DNA of 64,000 nt from an uncultured Actinomycetes bacterium (GTDB taxonomy: Bacteria > Actinomycetota > Thermoleophilia > UBA2241), in NCBI GenBank assembly GCA_963755025.1, contig CAVWIH010000030.1:87490-151489 (forward strand), written 5' to 3'. The notes under the pieces are model-generated. The model saw nothing but the letters and a program-made list of their open reading frames with translations. It did no database searches and was not told the DNA's origin. The first letter of the stretch is position 1. The number at the start of each line of letters is the position of its first letter. The translations under genes were made by a program, and so were the position numbers. Below are positions 41,090 to 50,908 of this stretch, piece after piece.

Positions 41090-41917
41090 CTAGAGGCGCC
41101 GCAGCAGATCGGCACAGGTACCGAAGGCGACATCGAAGGCTATGTCGTCGGCGGCGCCCAGAAGTCCCGCGATGTGACGATCCCAGCTCGCCGCAAACTC
41201 ATCGCGTCGGTCCGCGAATCGCCGGTGACAGCCAACGAGATCGAGACCCTTGTGCCGCGCCTTTGTGGGCACTGCGTCCAGGGCGGCGTCAATGTCGTCA
41301 AGCTTCTCGCAGAGGCGCGCGACGTCGTAGACATCGCGCGCGACGGCATACTGACGCTGTCCGGCGATGGCCCTCAGCTTCTCGGCCATGATCTCTTCGA
41401 GGCCATACGCCGGTAGTTCGCACACGACACCAGGCGCGTCTGAATAGGGGTGAAGCAGTGGCCTGCGCACTGTGGGGAAACAGAGTGCCTCGTCGGCGCT
41501 CACATCAAACTGCAGGACGCGCGCAGACCCGGTACGCGCGACGGCGCCGCGGTACGGCACCCGCGCCTTGACCGTCTGACGACCATACTTGTCACTCTTG
41601 GCCGCACACCGAAGCTGGTCAATGAGCATGGTCACGCCGAGCGAGGCAGAGAGCTCGGCGGCCGCCCTGACGCGACCCGCCACAGATTCTGGGCTTATGG
41701 GCCGATCAGCCGTGAAGTCGAGGTCCTCAGAGAACCGGTACCCTTCGAAGTATGCCTTCCGCAAGCACGTGCCGCCCTTGAACGCCCAGCCCCACGTATC
41801 CAGGCCAGCGACGCTGAGCGCCCAGAGAGCGACGCCCAGGGCGTGGTCGAGATCTATCACCAGGGCCTCGACCCCGAGGTTGCGAGCCGTTCGCTTGGCC
41901 TCCGCGTCTGAGATCAA
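41090..41917 (-). CDS. abiEii: AbiEii/AbiGii nucleotidyltransferase toxin (type IV TA)
   Basis: AFKGGTCLRK..YRFSEDLDF, EEIMAEKLRA, ARDVYD. Confidence 0.92.
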   Translation of the reverse strand: MISDAEAKRTARNLGVEALVIDLDHALGVALWALSVAGLDTWGWAFKGGTCLRKAYFEGYRFSEDLDFTADRPISPESVAGRVRAAAELSASLGVTMLIDQLRCAAKSDKYGRQTVKARVPYRGAVARTGSARVLQFDVSADEALCFPTVRRPLLHPYSDAPGVVCELPAYGLEEIMAEKLRAIAGQRQYAVARDVYDVARLCEKLDDIDAALDAVPTKARHKGLDLVGCHRRFADRRDEFAASWDRHIAGLLGAADDIAFDVAFGTCADLLRRL

Positions 41918-42750
41918 GTGGCCTCCGGGGTCGGGACACCGCCGTCCGCCGCGTCGAAGCCGGCCGTGTTGACGCGCAGTCTCCAGCGACGAACATAGCG
42001 TCCCGACTTCGCCCCGCCACGCTCGAGATCGCTCATCCCGGCCCCCATGAGGGTCTGCAACTGCGGCAGAAATCCGGTCGGCCTTTCGATGCCGATTTGC
42101 TCAACGAGGAACCCGAGCCTCTTGGGCACTGTGCCGCCGCCATGCCTTTGCACGTACTCGACTACACGAACTGGGTCACACTCGGGCCAGCCAGTTCGAA
42201 GAGCCTCGACGACCTCAGCAATACCTCCGCAGAGGTCGGGGCGGTCCATCATGTCGACGATGGTGCGCTCGCGCTCGGTAACGTGCACGGGCAACCCGCC
42301 CTCGAACGCACGGAACACGCCGAACAGCCGATCTGGCCTGACCAGCACGAACCGATAGGGAACTCCGAGCACCGTGGGCGAGTTGTTGAACCTGCGCCGC
42401 GGAGTCATGAAAGTCACAGGGCTCGGCAGTTGCGTCGTCCAATTCCAGTGGCGGATGGCCGACCGATAGGCAGCGGCGCCGTCGGGCGCCAGGAAGGTGC
42501 CAACCGCAAGCGCATCCTCGCTCCAGAGCCTCTCGAGCCCGGCCTGCAGCGGTACAACCATGTACGAACCCTGCTCCAGCCGATCGACCCAGCCCTTGGA
42601 TTCGAGCAGCGTGAGCTTCTCGCGCGCGTACTTCCTCGCACCCCAGAATTCGGCTGCGTCGCGCATGGTGAACAGCATGCGACCCGAACTCGACAGTCGG
42701 GCGAGAAACTCGACCTCGCGAGGGCCCAGCTCGGTTATAGATCGTGTCAT
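41914..42750 (-). CDS. abiEi: AbiEi antitoxin / transcriptional regulator (type IV TA)
   Basis: Winged helix LESKGWVDRLEQGSY; YRSAIRHWNWTTQLP; TERERTIVDMMDRPDLCGG; KRLGFL. ATGA-type overlap with the toxin. Confidence 0.9.
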   Translation of the reverse strand: MTRSITELGPREVEFLARLSSSGRMLFTMRDAAEFWGARKYAREKLTLLESKGWVDRLEQGSYMVVPLQAGLERLWSEDALAVGTFLAPDGAAAYRSAIRHWNWTTQLPSPVTFMTPRRRFNNSPTVLGVPYRFVLVRPDRLFGVFRAFEGGLPVHVTERERTIVDMMDRPDLCGGIAEVVEALRTGWPECDPVRVVEYVQRHGGGTVPKRLGFLVEQIGIERPTGFLPQLQTLMGAGMSDLERGGAKSGRYVRRWRLRVNTAGFDAADGGVPTPEAT

Positions 42751-42780
42751 GATAATTGGCTCAGGACACCAATGTTCATG
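42748..42780. promoter_or_regulatory. Inverted repeat at the abiEi start, candidate autoregulatory operator
   Basis: CATGAACATTGG-N9-CCAATTATCATG (10 of 12 complementary), just downstream of -10 TATATT. Confidence 0.55.
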
Positions 42781-42876
42781 GCACAGAATATAACACAAAC
42801 GTGCCGAATCCTTCTCGCGCCAGACGTGGACGAGTCGCCGTCGCGGCAAACAGGCCCCGCGGAGGGTCCGGTCATC

Positions 42877-43923
42877 TCATGCGGCACTCTCGGGCGCCTC
42901 GACCAACCCCAGCCGCACCAGGCTCTCCGCCGTCGCCACGATCGCCTCTTCGTTCGACCGCGGCTGCCAGCCGAGCACGCTCCTGGCCTTCTCGTTCGAG
43001 GCGCGCCGTATCTTGCCCACGTCGGGCGCGACCTGCCGCGCCGCCGGGTTGACCGGCGCGACGAGCTTCACCAGCCAGTCGGGCAACTCCTTGCTCGGCG
43101 CGCGCTCCGCCACGGCGCCCATGCGGGCGCGCAACACGTCGGCCACGTCTTTCAACGACATGGCGTCGCCGGCGACCGCCAGAAAGCGCTGGCCCTTGGC
43201 GGCGGGGTCGGTCATGGCGCGCAGGTGCAGGTCGGCCACGTCGCGCACGTCGACGATGTTGAAGTACACGCGCGGCGCGCGCGACAGGGCGCCGTCGAGC
43301 GAGAGCTTCACCAGCGCCACCGAGCTCGACAGGTCGGGGCCGAGCACCGGCCCGAGCACGCCCACCGGATTGACCACGGCGAGCTCCAGCGCGCCGCCCT
43401 CGCGCGCGACGAAGTCCCAAGCCGCGCGCTCCGCCAATGTCTTCGACTTCACGTAGGGGCTCGCCCCGGCGTTCAGGTCGCTCCAGTCGTCTTCGGTGAA
43501 GGGCTGCTCGGTCTGCTTGTGGCCATAGCCGATGGCGGCAAACGACGAAGTCATGACCACCCGTTCCACGCCGGCGTCGCGCGCCGCGCGCAGCACGCGC
43601 AGGGCGCCCTGGCGCGCCGGCACGATCAACTCGAACTCGTTGCGGGGCTGCTGCTGGGGGAACGGCGAGGCGACGTGCAGCACGTGGCGACAGCCGGCGA
43701 CCGCCTCGGGCCAGCCATCGTCGGACATGAGGTTTGCGGCCACAAACGAGAGCGCATCGCCGGGCTCCGCGCCGCCCACCTTGAGCTGCGCGCGCACGCC
43801 GCCCTCGCGCTCGAGCGAACGCACCGTGGTGCGCACCCGATAGCCCGCCTCGAGCAGCCGCAGTACGCAGTGCGCGCCAATGAACCCCGACCCGCCTGTC
43901 ACCAGCACCAGCTCGTCGCTCAC
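42877..43923 (-). CDS. NAD-dependent epimerase/dehydratase family aldehyde reductase (extended SDR)
   Basis: VLVTGGSGFIG, HVASP, MTSSFAAI, YVKSK, VDVRDVA. Confidence 0.92.
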   Translation of the reverse strand: MSDELVLVTGGSGFIGAHCVLRLLEAGYRVRTTVRSLEREGGVRAQLKVGGAEPGDALSFVAANLMSDDGWPEAVAGCRHVLHVASPFPQQQPRNEFELIVPARQGALRVLRAARDAGVERVVMTSSFAAIGYGHKQTEQPFTEDDWSDLNAGASPYVKSKTLAERAAWDFVAREGGALELAVVNPVGVLGPVLGPDLSSSVALVKLSLDGALSRAPRVYFNIVDVRDVADLHLRAMTDPAAKGQRFLAVAGDAMSLKDVADVLRARMGAVAERAPSKELPDWLVKLVAPVNPAARQVAPDVGKIRRASNEKARSVLGWQPRSNEEAIVATAESLVRLGLVEAPESAA

Positions 43924-44045
43924 ATCGCCCTCCCGCGTCGTTCGATCGCTCGACAGCTTACCCGCCGGCTGACGATGACCAGCCGTGAGCGCGATGGGAC
44001 AGCGCTCGGGCTCGAAGACTGTCGATATCCGACGAATCGTCACCG

Positions 44046-44074
44046 TTCCCAAGTGTTACCATGTGCGGTAACGT
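44046..44074 (+). promoter_or_regulatory. Leaderless promoter and operator of the small TA-like pair
   Basis: TTCCCA-17-TAACGT-6-ATG, overlapped by GTTACC-N6-GGTAAC (44055-44072). Confidence 0.55.
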
Positions 44075-44080
44075 CGCTCA

Positions 44081-44272
44081 ATGGGAAAGATCCGTAGAGG
44101 TAACTACGTGTTCCTGAGCTGGCGAGGCGATCACGGGCATCACGTGCACGTCTTTCGCGACGGCAGCTTTGTCGTGAAATGGGACCTCGACAACTGGCTG
44201 CCCATGAAGGGCAGGGCATCGCGCCGGGTGCTCGCCCTCATCCGTGAGCTCAACGACGAAGGACGACTGTGA
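44081..44272 (+). CDS. Small DUF4160/HicA-like putative toxin
   Basis: 63 aa, basic; W.GDH..HVHV motif. Confidence 0.7.
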   Translation: MGKIRRGNYVFLSWRGDHGHHVHVFRDGSFVVKWDLDNWLPMKGRASRRVLALIRELNDEGRL

Positions 44273-44769
44273 AGATCAAGTCGGTCAAAGCCAACAATCG
44301 CAAACGCGCGTTCGAGACGCGGACGTGGCGCGGTGTCATGTCGTTTCCGTACTCTAAGGCCGATCCGGCGCCCGCCGCCGCCGACCCGATCGCCGACGTG
44401 TTCGTAGATCTGGAGCTCGACTCCGAGGGCTTCACGTACAGGCTGGCATCTGGCCTCGAAGGCTCTGTCCACGTCGACCAGGTGCTCGAATATAACCAAG
44501 ACCCCGCGCACCTGCGCGACCTCCTGCTCTACGAACTGACGCTCGAGGCGCAGACGTGCCTGCAGGCAAGCCCGCTGTCCAAGCGCGAGGTGATCCGCAG
44601 GCTGGGCACCTCTCCCGCGCAGTTCTACCGGCTCCTCGACCAGACCAACCAGCGCAAGTCGGTCGACAAACTCCTGTCGCTGCTGCAAGTACTCGACTGC
44701 GACGTCGAACTGGTCGTGCGGCACCCAGGCGACCCGCAACGCGGCGCTCGAGCAAGCGCCGGCGGGTAG
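44269..44769 (+). CDS. Putative antitoxin with a C-terminal XRE-like HTH
   Basis: GTGA overlap with the upstream gene; LSKREVIRRLGTSPAQFYRLLD. Confidence 0.72.
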   Translation: MKIKSVKANNRKRAFETRTWRGVMSFPYSKADPAPAAADPIADVFVDLELDSEGFTYRLASGLEGSVHVDQVLEYNQDPAHLRDLLLYELTLEAQTCLQASPLSKREVIRRLGTSPAQFYRLLDQTNQRKSVDKLLSLLQVLDCDVELVVRHPGDPQRGARASAGG

Positions 44770-44918
44770 CTTTCCGAGGCCGCCGCCGCAGCCGCCCCTT
44801 CCCCTGCGGCCTTTGCGGCATAAAATGAGCGAGGCGGTCGTCCCCGGCCGTCGCCGGTCATCGTCGCCGCAGGGGCAAAAGCGAGCACTCGCGGCGCTAC
44901 CCAAAGGCCAGGTGGAAG

Positions 44919-46133
44919 GTGCCGCTCAAGCTGAAGGCAACGCTGGCGCGGCGCCCGCTGACCTGGTTCTTCGCACTGGTCGGCGCCGCATACGTCGCCT
45001 ACGTCGGGCGCACGGCGGTGGCGTTACCCATGGTCGCCAGCGACTGGGCAAACCGCTTCTCCACGGTGAGCGTCATGGTAGTCGGGCTGGTCGCGCTCGC
45101 GTGCTGCTGGGCGATCAGCGGACCGCGCTCGCGCCCGCCACGGCGGCTGACGCAACTTTTCATCGTCGTCGCCGTCGTGCTCGCGACCATGGCCGTCCTG
45201 TCCGTGAACGTCTGGCTCGGGTTGCGCATGCAGGCGGCTGCCATGGACGCCGGCCACGGCGGCTCAACAGGCTTCTCCTGGTCATTGCTGCACGACGCCC
45301 TCCATCGAGCGCGGGGCGATTCGGTCTTATGGCTCAGGGCGCTCGTTGTCGGGCTCGTGTTGGCGGGCGTCGCCTCGCCGTTTGCCGCCGTTCGCCGGCT
45401 TGCACGAAGGCTGATCGAGTGGCGCGGACGCCGGGTCTGGCTGCTTGTCGCTGTAACCCTCGCGGTGCCCGCAGCCTGCGCGATCGCCTCAGCCGTCGCC
45501 GGGCGTTTGGCGCCGCTGCCCAGCGAGCCCACCACGTTTACGCACTCCCTGAGCTACACCGTCGCAGACTTCGTCACCCCCCTCCTCGTCAACGCGCCGC
45601 TCGTCTTCGCCTGGTACGGGTTCGTCGACGACCGGCTTGCGCGACGGGTCTCGCCACTCATCTCGGCGCTCGTGATCGGCCTGGCGATCACCCTGCCCTA
45701 CCAGCTCGAGGTGCGCGTCGGCCTCGGCTGGTTTGGCGGAGGCGGCTGGTACGTTCTCAGCGTCCTCGGCCAGATCGCGCTGGCCGTGCCGGCGGTGTGG
45801 CTCGCTCGCAAGGCTCGCGGGAGCCTGGTCCCGACTGCCGTGCTGCTCGCCGCCATCCCTGCCGGCGGCGACGTCGTATTCTGGATCACCTCGACCTCTG
45901 GGTCGCTGATCCGGGCCGGCGAGCTCTACTCCGGTAGCATCATCGTCGCCGCCGTGCTGTTCGCGCTCCTGGGTCGCATGTGGCGTAGGCCGGACGCGCC
46001 TGACCCGCTACTCGTGATCGACCAGCCGGGGCCCCGCGCCGGCAGCGAGCCGGGGGGCCCCGCCGGCAGCGAGCCGAGCCCCGCCCCCGGCAGCTACGCC
46101 GTCGTGGTGCGCGACATCAGCGCACCGCTGTGA
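44919..46133 (+). CDS. Polytopic membrane protein, degenerate CAAX/Abi-like C-terminal half
   Basis: About ten hydrophobic segments; FAWYGFV..L..R.SPLISALVIG resembles the Abi motif but lacks the catalytic EE. Confidence 0.6.
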   Translation: MPLKLKATLARRPLTWFFALVGAAYVAYVGRTAVALPMVASDWANRFSTVSVMVVGLVALACCWAISGPRSRPPRRLTQLFIVVAVVLATMAVLSVNVWLGLRMQAAAMDAGHGGSTGFSWSLLHDALHRARGDSVLWLRALVVGLVLAGVASPFAAVRRLARRLIEWRGRRVWLLVAVTLAVPAACAIASAVAGRLAPLPSEPTTFTHSLSYTVADFVTPLLVNAPLVFAWYGFVDDRLARRVSPLISALVIGLAITLPYQLEVRVGLGWFGGGGWYVLSVLGQIALAVPAVWLARKARGSLVPTAVLLAAIPAGGDVVFWITSTSGSLIRAGELYSGSIIVAAVLFALLGRMWRRPDAPDPLLVIDQPGPRAGSEPGGPAGSEPSPAPGSYAVVVRDISAPL

Positions 46134-46136
46134 CGT

Positions 46137-47150
46137 TCAGGCAGCCTCCGCGACGGCGCCCTCGGCGACGCTGATCACGACCTTGCCGCGCGCCCGGCCG
46201 GCGTGCACGTAGCGGATCGCGTCGGCGACCTGCGCGAGCGGGTAGGTCCTGTCGACGACCGGCTTGACCTTGCCGGACTCGATCAGATCGCGCAGCACGT
46301 CGAGGTCGGCGGTGTTCACGTTCGCCATGAGCGCCAGCAGCTTCTGGCCGACGAAGAGCGAGAGCAGCGGCGCCCGCACCACCTGGCGGCCGAACCCACC
46401 CGACCAGCGGTTGCCGCCTTCGCCGCCCACGATGACGAGCGTGCCGCGGGGGGCTAGCGCGCGGCGCAACTGCGACAGGGGCCGGTTGCCGGCGGTGTCG
46501 ACGATCAGGTCGAAGCGCCGCGTGCCGTCGGCGAAGTCCTGGCTCGTGCGGTCGATCACGTGGTCGGCGCCGAGCGGCGTACCAGGTCGAGCTTTGTCGT
46601 GCTGCAGACGCCGGTCACCTCGGCGCCGAACGCCTTGGCGATCTGCACCGCGAACGTTCCCACTCCCCCTGCCGCGCCGATGACCAGCACGCTTTGCCCG
46701 GCCTGCACCTTGCCCTTGTCGCGCAGGGCCTGCAACGCGGTGCAGGCCGAGACGGGCACGGCCGCCGCCTGCTCAAAGGTGAGGTTGGCCGGCTTGGCCG
46801 CCAGGCGCTCGGCCGGGACGACGGCGTACTCGGCGTACGCGCCGTCGCCGGAGAGGCCGCAAGCGCCGAACACCTCGTCGCCCGGCTTCACGCTCGCCAC
46901 GTTCGCGCCGACGGCCTCGACGCGACCTGCGACGTCCATGCCGCGCACGCGCGCCTTGGGCGCGCGCAGCCCTGTGCCCATGAGACGCACGAGGTAAGGG
47001 CGGCCGGCCGCCAGGTGCCACACGCCCGGGGTCTACGCCGGCCGCCTGCACGGCCACAAGCACGTCGTCGTCGCCGGTCACCGGCTTGTCGATGTCGCGC
47101 AGCTGCAGCACGGCGGGCCCGCCGTACGAGTCCTGAACGATCGCCTTCAT
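46137..47150 (-). CDS. NAD(P)-dependent MDR / quinone oxidoreductase-like dehydrogenase, frameshifted
   Basis: MKAIVQDSYGGP, GMDVAGRVEAVG, KPANLTFEQAAAVP, GAAGGVGTFAVQIAK, GRARGKVVI. Confidence 0.9.
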
Positions 47151-47210
47151 GGCTGCCTCCTCGTGGTCCGGAGTTTGCGCTGCTCCCAGTGTGGCTACGT
47201 GCCCTACACG

Positions 47211-47854
47211 ATGACCGAACAACGTTCACACGCAGCCGCGAACGACGGGCCCGCAGCGACGAACGACGAGCCCGCAGCCGCGAGGACGAGCCCGCGCCCG
47301 CGGCGCCCGCAGGCCCGGCCGCCGCGCCGTGGCGACTCGTGCCGGTCGCAGACCCGGCCGCCTCCGGGCCGCTCCGGGCCCTGCTCACCGAGTACCTGCA
47401 CTGGGTCGCCGGAGTCGCCCGCGAGCAGTTCGGCCTGTCGTGGGACGTCGAGGCGATGGTCGACTCCGACCTGCACGACACGGCCAAGTTCTCTCCGCCC
47501 ACGGGCCGCTGCTACCTCGTTGGCCGGGGCGACGCCTATGTCGGTATGGGCTGCCTCCTGCGGCTCGCCCCCGGCGTCGCCGAGATCCAGCGCATGTACG
47601 TGCAGCCGCACAGTCGCGGCCGGGGCGCCGGCCGCCGCCTGGTGGGGCAGCTCGTCGACGACGCCCGGGCGATCGGCTACCGCACCGTGCGGCTCGAGAG
47701 CCTCAGGGCCCTGGCGCCGGCACACGAGCTCTATCGCTCTGTCGGCTTCGTCGAGATCGCCCCCGACGTCGAGACCGATATGGGCGCCTACCAGCCGGCC
47801 GCCGATATGGGCCGCTACCGCGCCAGCGTCCTCTTCATGGAGCTGGCGCTGTGA
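47211..47854 (+). CDS. GNAT acetyltransferase, frameshift in an N-terminal 21-bp repeat
   Basis: AEIQRMYVQPHSRGRGAGRRL, LYRSVGF. Confidence 0.85.
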
Positions 47855-47963
47855 GGGCCCCGGCCCTCGCCCCCGCCCCCCGCGCCCCAAGTCCGGCGCG
47901 CGCCGCCCGTCGTGCGGCGAAGTCGCGACCTGCGGCTGTCAGTATGAGTAGTAGTATTCATCT

Positions 47964-49100
47964 ATGACGGACTACCTGTTCCACGGCGACACGCAGCGCT
48001 CGGCGGCCATGCGGCACGAGCTGCCGGTATCTATCGGCGACCCGTTCCTGCTCGCCGTCGTCGACGGGCGGCTGCACGTCATGGTCAGCAACCTGGAACA
48101 TGAGCGAGTGGCGGCGGCGGTGCCCGACGCCGTCCTGCACGACATCGCCGACCTCGGCTCCTTCGAGCTCCTCGAAAGCGGCATGAACTTCGCCGAGCTC
48201 GACCTCGAGCTGGTCTCTCGCGCCGCCGCGGCCGCCGGCGTGCACGAGGCGATCGTCGACCCCGAGCTGCCGGTCATCGTCGCCGACCGGCTGCGCGCCG
48301 ACGGCATCGTCCTTCACCCCGACCCCGGCGCGATCTCCGCGAGGCGCCGGCGCAAGTCGGCGGCGGAGCTGGCCGGCATCCGCCGCGCGCAAGACGCGGC
48401 GCACGCCGGCATGCGCGCCGCGGCCGAACTGCTGCGCCAGTCGACGCCCAACGGCGACCGCCTCATGCGTGCGGGTGAGGTCGTGACCGCCGAGGCGGTG
48501 CGCGCCGCCGTGCGCGAGGCCTGCCAGCGCCACGGGGCGCCGGCGCCCCCCGACATCACCGTCACCTCGGTCTGGCAAGGATCAGGCCACGACCCCGGCT
48601 CGGGCCCGCTGCCCGCGAACCTGCCGATCGTGATCGACCTCTGGCCCCAGGACGAAGCCTCGGGGTGCTGGGCCGACATGACGCGCACGTTCGTCGTGGG
48701 CGAGGTCTCCGACCAGGTGCGCGCGCTCGAAGGACTGGTCCGTGAGGCGCTCGAGCGCGTGCGCAAGGCGGTGCGGCCCGGCATCATAGGACGCGAGCTC
48801 CACGCCCTTGCTTGCGAGGTGTTCGAGGCCGCCGGCCATCGCACGCAGCGTACGGGCCCGAGTGCCGACCCGATGGAGGGCTTTCAGTTCTCGCTGGGCC
48901 ACGGGGTCGGTCTCGCCATGCACGAAAGCCCACCGCTGGGCCAGTCGGGGCGCTCAGAGCTGGTCGCCGGCGACGTCATCGCCCTCGAGCCCGGCCTCTA
49001 CCAGCCCGGCATCGGCGAGGTGCGCTTCGAAGACCTCGTGCTGGTCACCGACGACGGCAGCGAGACCCTCACCGACTATCCCTACGACCTGACGCCCTGA
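47964..49100 (+). CDS. M24 family Xaa-Pro peptidase
   Basis: IVIDL..WADMTRT, LGHGVGLAMHE, ALEPGLY, VRFED. Leaderless TAGTAT-6-ATG. Confidence 0.92.
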   Translation: MTDYLFHGDTQRSAAMRHELPVSIGDPFLLAVVDGRLHVMVSNLEHERVAAAVPDAVLHDIADLGSFELLESGMNFAELDLELVSRAAAAAGVHEAIVDPELPVIVADRLRADGIVLHPDPGAISARRRRKSAAELAGIRRAQDAAHAGMRAAAELLRQSTPNGDRLMRAGEVVTAEAVRAAVREACQRHGAPAPPDITVTSVWQGSGHDPGSGPLPANLPIVIDLWPQDEASGCWADMTRTFVVGEVSDQVRALEGLVREALERVRKAVRPGIIGRELHALACEVFEAAGHRTQRTGPSADPMEGFQFSLGHGVGLAMHESPPLGQSGRSELVAGDVIALEPGLYQPGIGEVRFEDLVLVTDDGSETLTDYPYDLTP

Positions 49101-49179
49101 TGAGGTCGACCGGGTCGCCGGCTTCGAGGCGCTGGCCGGGGCCGGCGGACCGAGCTGGCGAGCGACCCCTGGCGCCCGG

Positions 49180-49569
49180 TCAGCGCGGCTGCGCGATCTC
49201 CCAGATGTGGCCGCCGGGATCGCGGAAGCTGGCGGTGCGCAGGCCCCAGGGCCGGTCCATGGGACCGTTCATCAACTCCACGCCGCGCGCGGCCAGCTGA
49301 GCGCACTTCTCGTCGACGTCGGCGACCTCGATCGTGAACTGCCCGCGTGCTCCGGCGTCTCGACCTGCGACCGCGCACGGCGCGATCAGCTCGGGCGCCG
49401 CCGCGACCTGGAGCAGATTGACGAGCTTGTTGCCGAAGTCGAACACGGCGGAGTCTGCGTCCTCGAACTGCACAGGCAGGCCGAAGACCTCGCCGTAAAA
49501 GCGCTTGGCCGCGTCCAGGTCTTCGACGAACAGTGTGATGGCGCCGATGGCGCCCGGCCACGAAGTCAT
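49180..49569 (-). CDS. VOC/glyoxalase family protein
   Basis: ITLFVEDLDAAKRFY, PMDRPWG, FRDPGGHIWE. Confidence 0.9.
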   Translation of the reverse strand: MTSWPGAIGAITLFVEDLDAAKRFYGEVFGLPVQFEDADSAVFDFGNKLVNLLQVAAAPELIAPCAVAGRDAGARGQFTIEVADVDEKCAQLAARGVELMNGPMDRPWGLRTASFRDPGGHIWEIAQPR

Positions 49570-49695
49570 CGTCGCACCTCGTTCTCAGCGTTGCCGGATA
49601 GGCCGACTTACTGCCCCGCGCAGCCGGGCGTTCAAGCCGTCGGCGACCACCCCGGCTCCCCGCAGTCCGCGTGGCCGCACGGGTAGACTGCTCAG

Positions 49696-50295
49696 ATGCG
49701 CATCATCCAACCCTCTACAGCCGAGCAGCTCGAGGCGTTCCGCGGCCTGCTGCGCGAGTGGTTCGACTATCTGGTGAACGAGCGCGGCATCGACATGGGC
49801 TACCAGTCGATCGACGCCGAGCTCGCGGGGTTGCCGGGCGCCTACGGCCCGCCCACGGGGTGCATGTGGATCGCCTACGACGACGAAGGCGAGACGGGCA
49901 GCGCGCTCCCGGCCGGCGGCGCGCCCGGGACCGGCGGGGCCGCCGGCGACGCCGACAAGGCGGTCGGCATCGTCGCCCTGCGCCCGCTGGGCGACGACGG
50001 CGCCTGCGAGCTCAAGCGGCTCTACGTCAGGCCCGCGTGCCGCGGCCGGGGCGCCGGCCGCGCGCTCACCGAGCAAGCCATCGCCGAGGCGCAGGCCATG
50101 GGCTACCGGCTCATGCGGCTCGACACCGGCACGTTCCTCGAGGCCTCGCGCCACCTCTACGCCTCGCTGGGCTTCGTCGAGATCGCGCCGTACTACGACG
50201 TGCCGCCCGATGTGCTGCGCGTCACCGTCTATCTGGAGCTGCCGCTCAGGGACCGACCCCAGCCCGGCGCCGCCCCTGCCGCGGAGTCGGCCTGA
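49696..50295 (+). CDS. GNAT acetyltransferase
   Basis: ELAGLPGAY, CELKRLYVRPACRGRGAG, MRLDT, LYASLGF. Confidence 0.9.
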   Translation: MRIIQPSTAEQLEAFRGLLREWFDYLVNERGIDMGYQSIDAELAGLPGAYGPPTGCMWIAYDDEGETGSALPAGGAPGTGGAAGDADKAVGIVALRPLGDDGACELKRLYVRPACRGRGAGRALTEQAIAEAQAMGYRLMRLDTGTFLEASRHLYASLGFVEIAPYYDVPPDVLRVTVYLELPLRDRPQPGAAPAAESA

Positions 50296-50335
50296 GAAGA
50301 GGGGTCAGGAACCGGCGGATGGAAATACTCCACGC

Positions 50336-50857
50336 ATGGACACGTACTCTGAGCTTGGTCACATCGGCGGTTTCGCGCCGATCGTAGGCCGCGAGCCGCG
50401 CGTTCTCGTGCTGGGCACCGCCCCCAGCGAGCTGTCGCTGAAGGCGGGCCAGTACTACGCCAACCCGCGCAACGACTTCTGGACGATCATGGAGCGGCTC
50501 TTCTCGGGCGGGCGGCCCCTCGAGTACCCGGAGCGTGTCGAGCTGTTGAAGGGCGCGGGCGTCGCCCTGTGGGACGTGCTGCGCGAAGCCTCGCGCGTGG
50601 GCAGCCTCGACGCCAACATCAAGGCGCCGGTACCCAACGACCTGGGCGCCCTGTTGCACGAGCAGCCCTCCATCGGGGCTGTGTTCTTCAACGGCTCCGC
50701 GGCCGAGAGCCTGTTCACCACCTACGTCGCCGGGTCGCTCGCCGGCAGTGACCTGCGCTTCGAGCGCCTGCCCTCGACCAGCCCCGCCAACGCGAGCATC
50801 TCGTTCGCCCTCAAGCTGGCCGCCTGGGACGCCGTGCGACTCGCCGTCACCGAGTAG
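50336..50857 (+). CDS. Uracil-DNA glycosylase superfamily, DNA-deoxyinosine (hypoxanthine) glycosylase-like
   Basis: LVLGTAPS, QYYANPRNDFW, LWDV, GSLD, FFNG, LPSTSPAN. Confidence 0.88.
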   Translation: MDTYSELGHIGGFAPIVGREPRVLVLGTAPSELSLKAGQYYANPRNDFWTIMERLFSGGRPLEYPERVELLKGAGVALWDVLREASRVGSLDANIKAPVPNDLGALLHEQPSIGAVFFNGSAAESLFTTYVAGSLAGSDLRFERLPSTSPANASISFALKLAAWDAVRLAVTE

Positions 50858-50908
50858 CGCCCGCGCCTTCTTGTCGTGGGCGTGCGAGGGGCGCGGCACG
50901 TCCCGGCC

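Noticed and set aside
40820-41416. ModC extension overlapping abiEii (579-aa ORF)
   Set aside because: Frameshift read-through; the TOBE domain is in another frame and stops at 41081.
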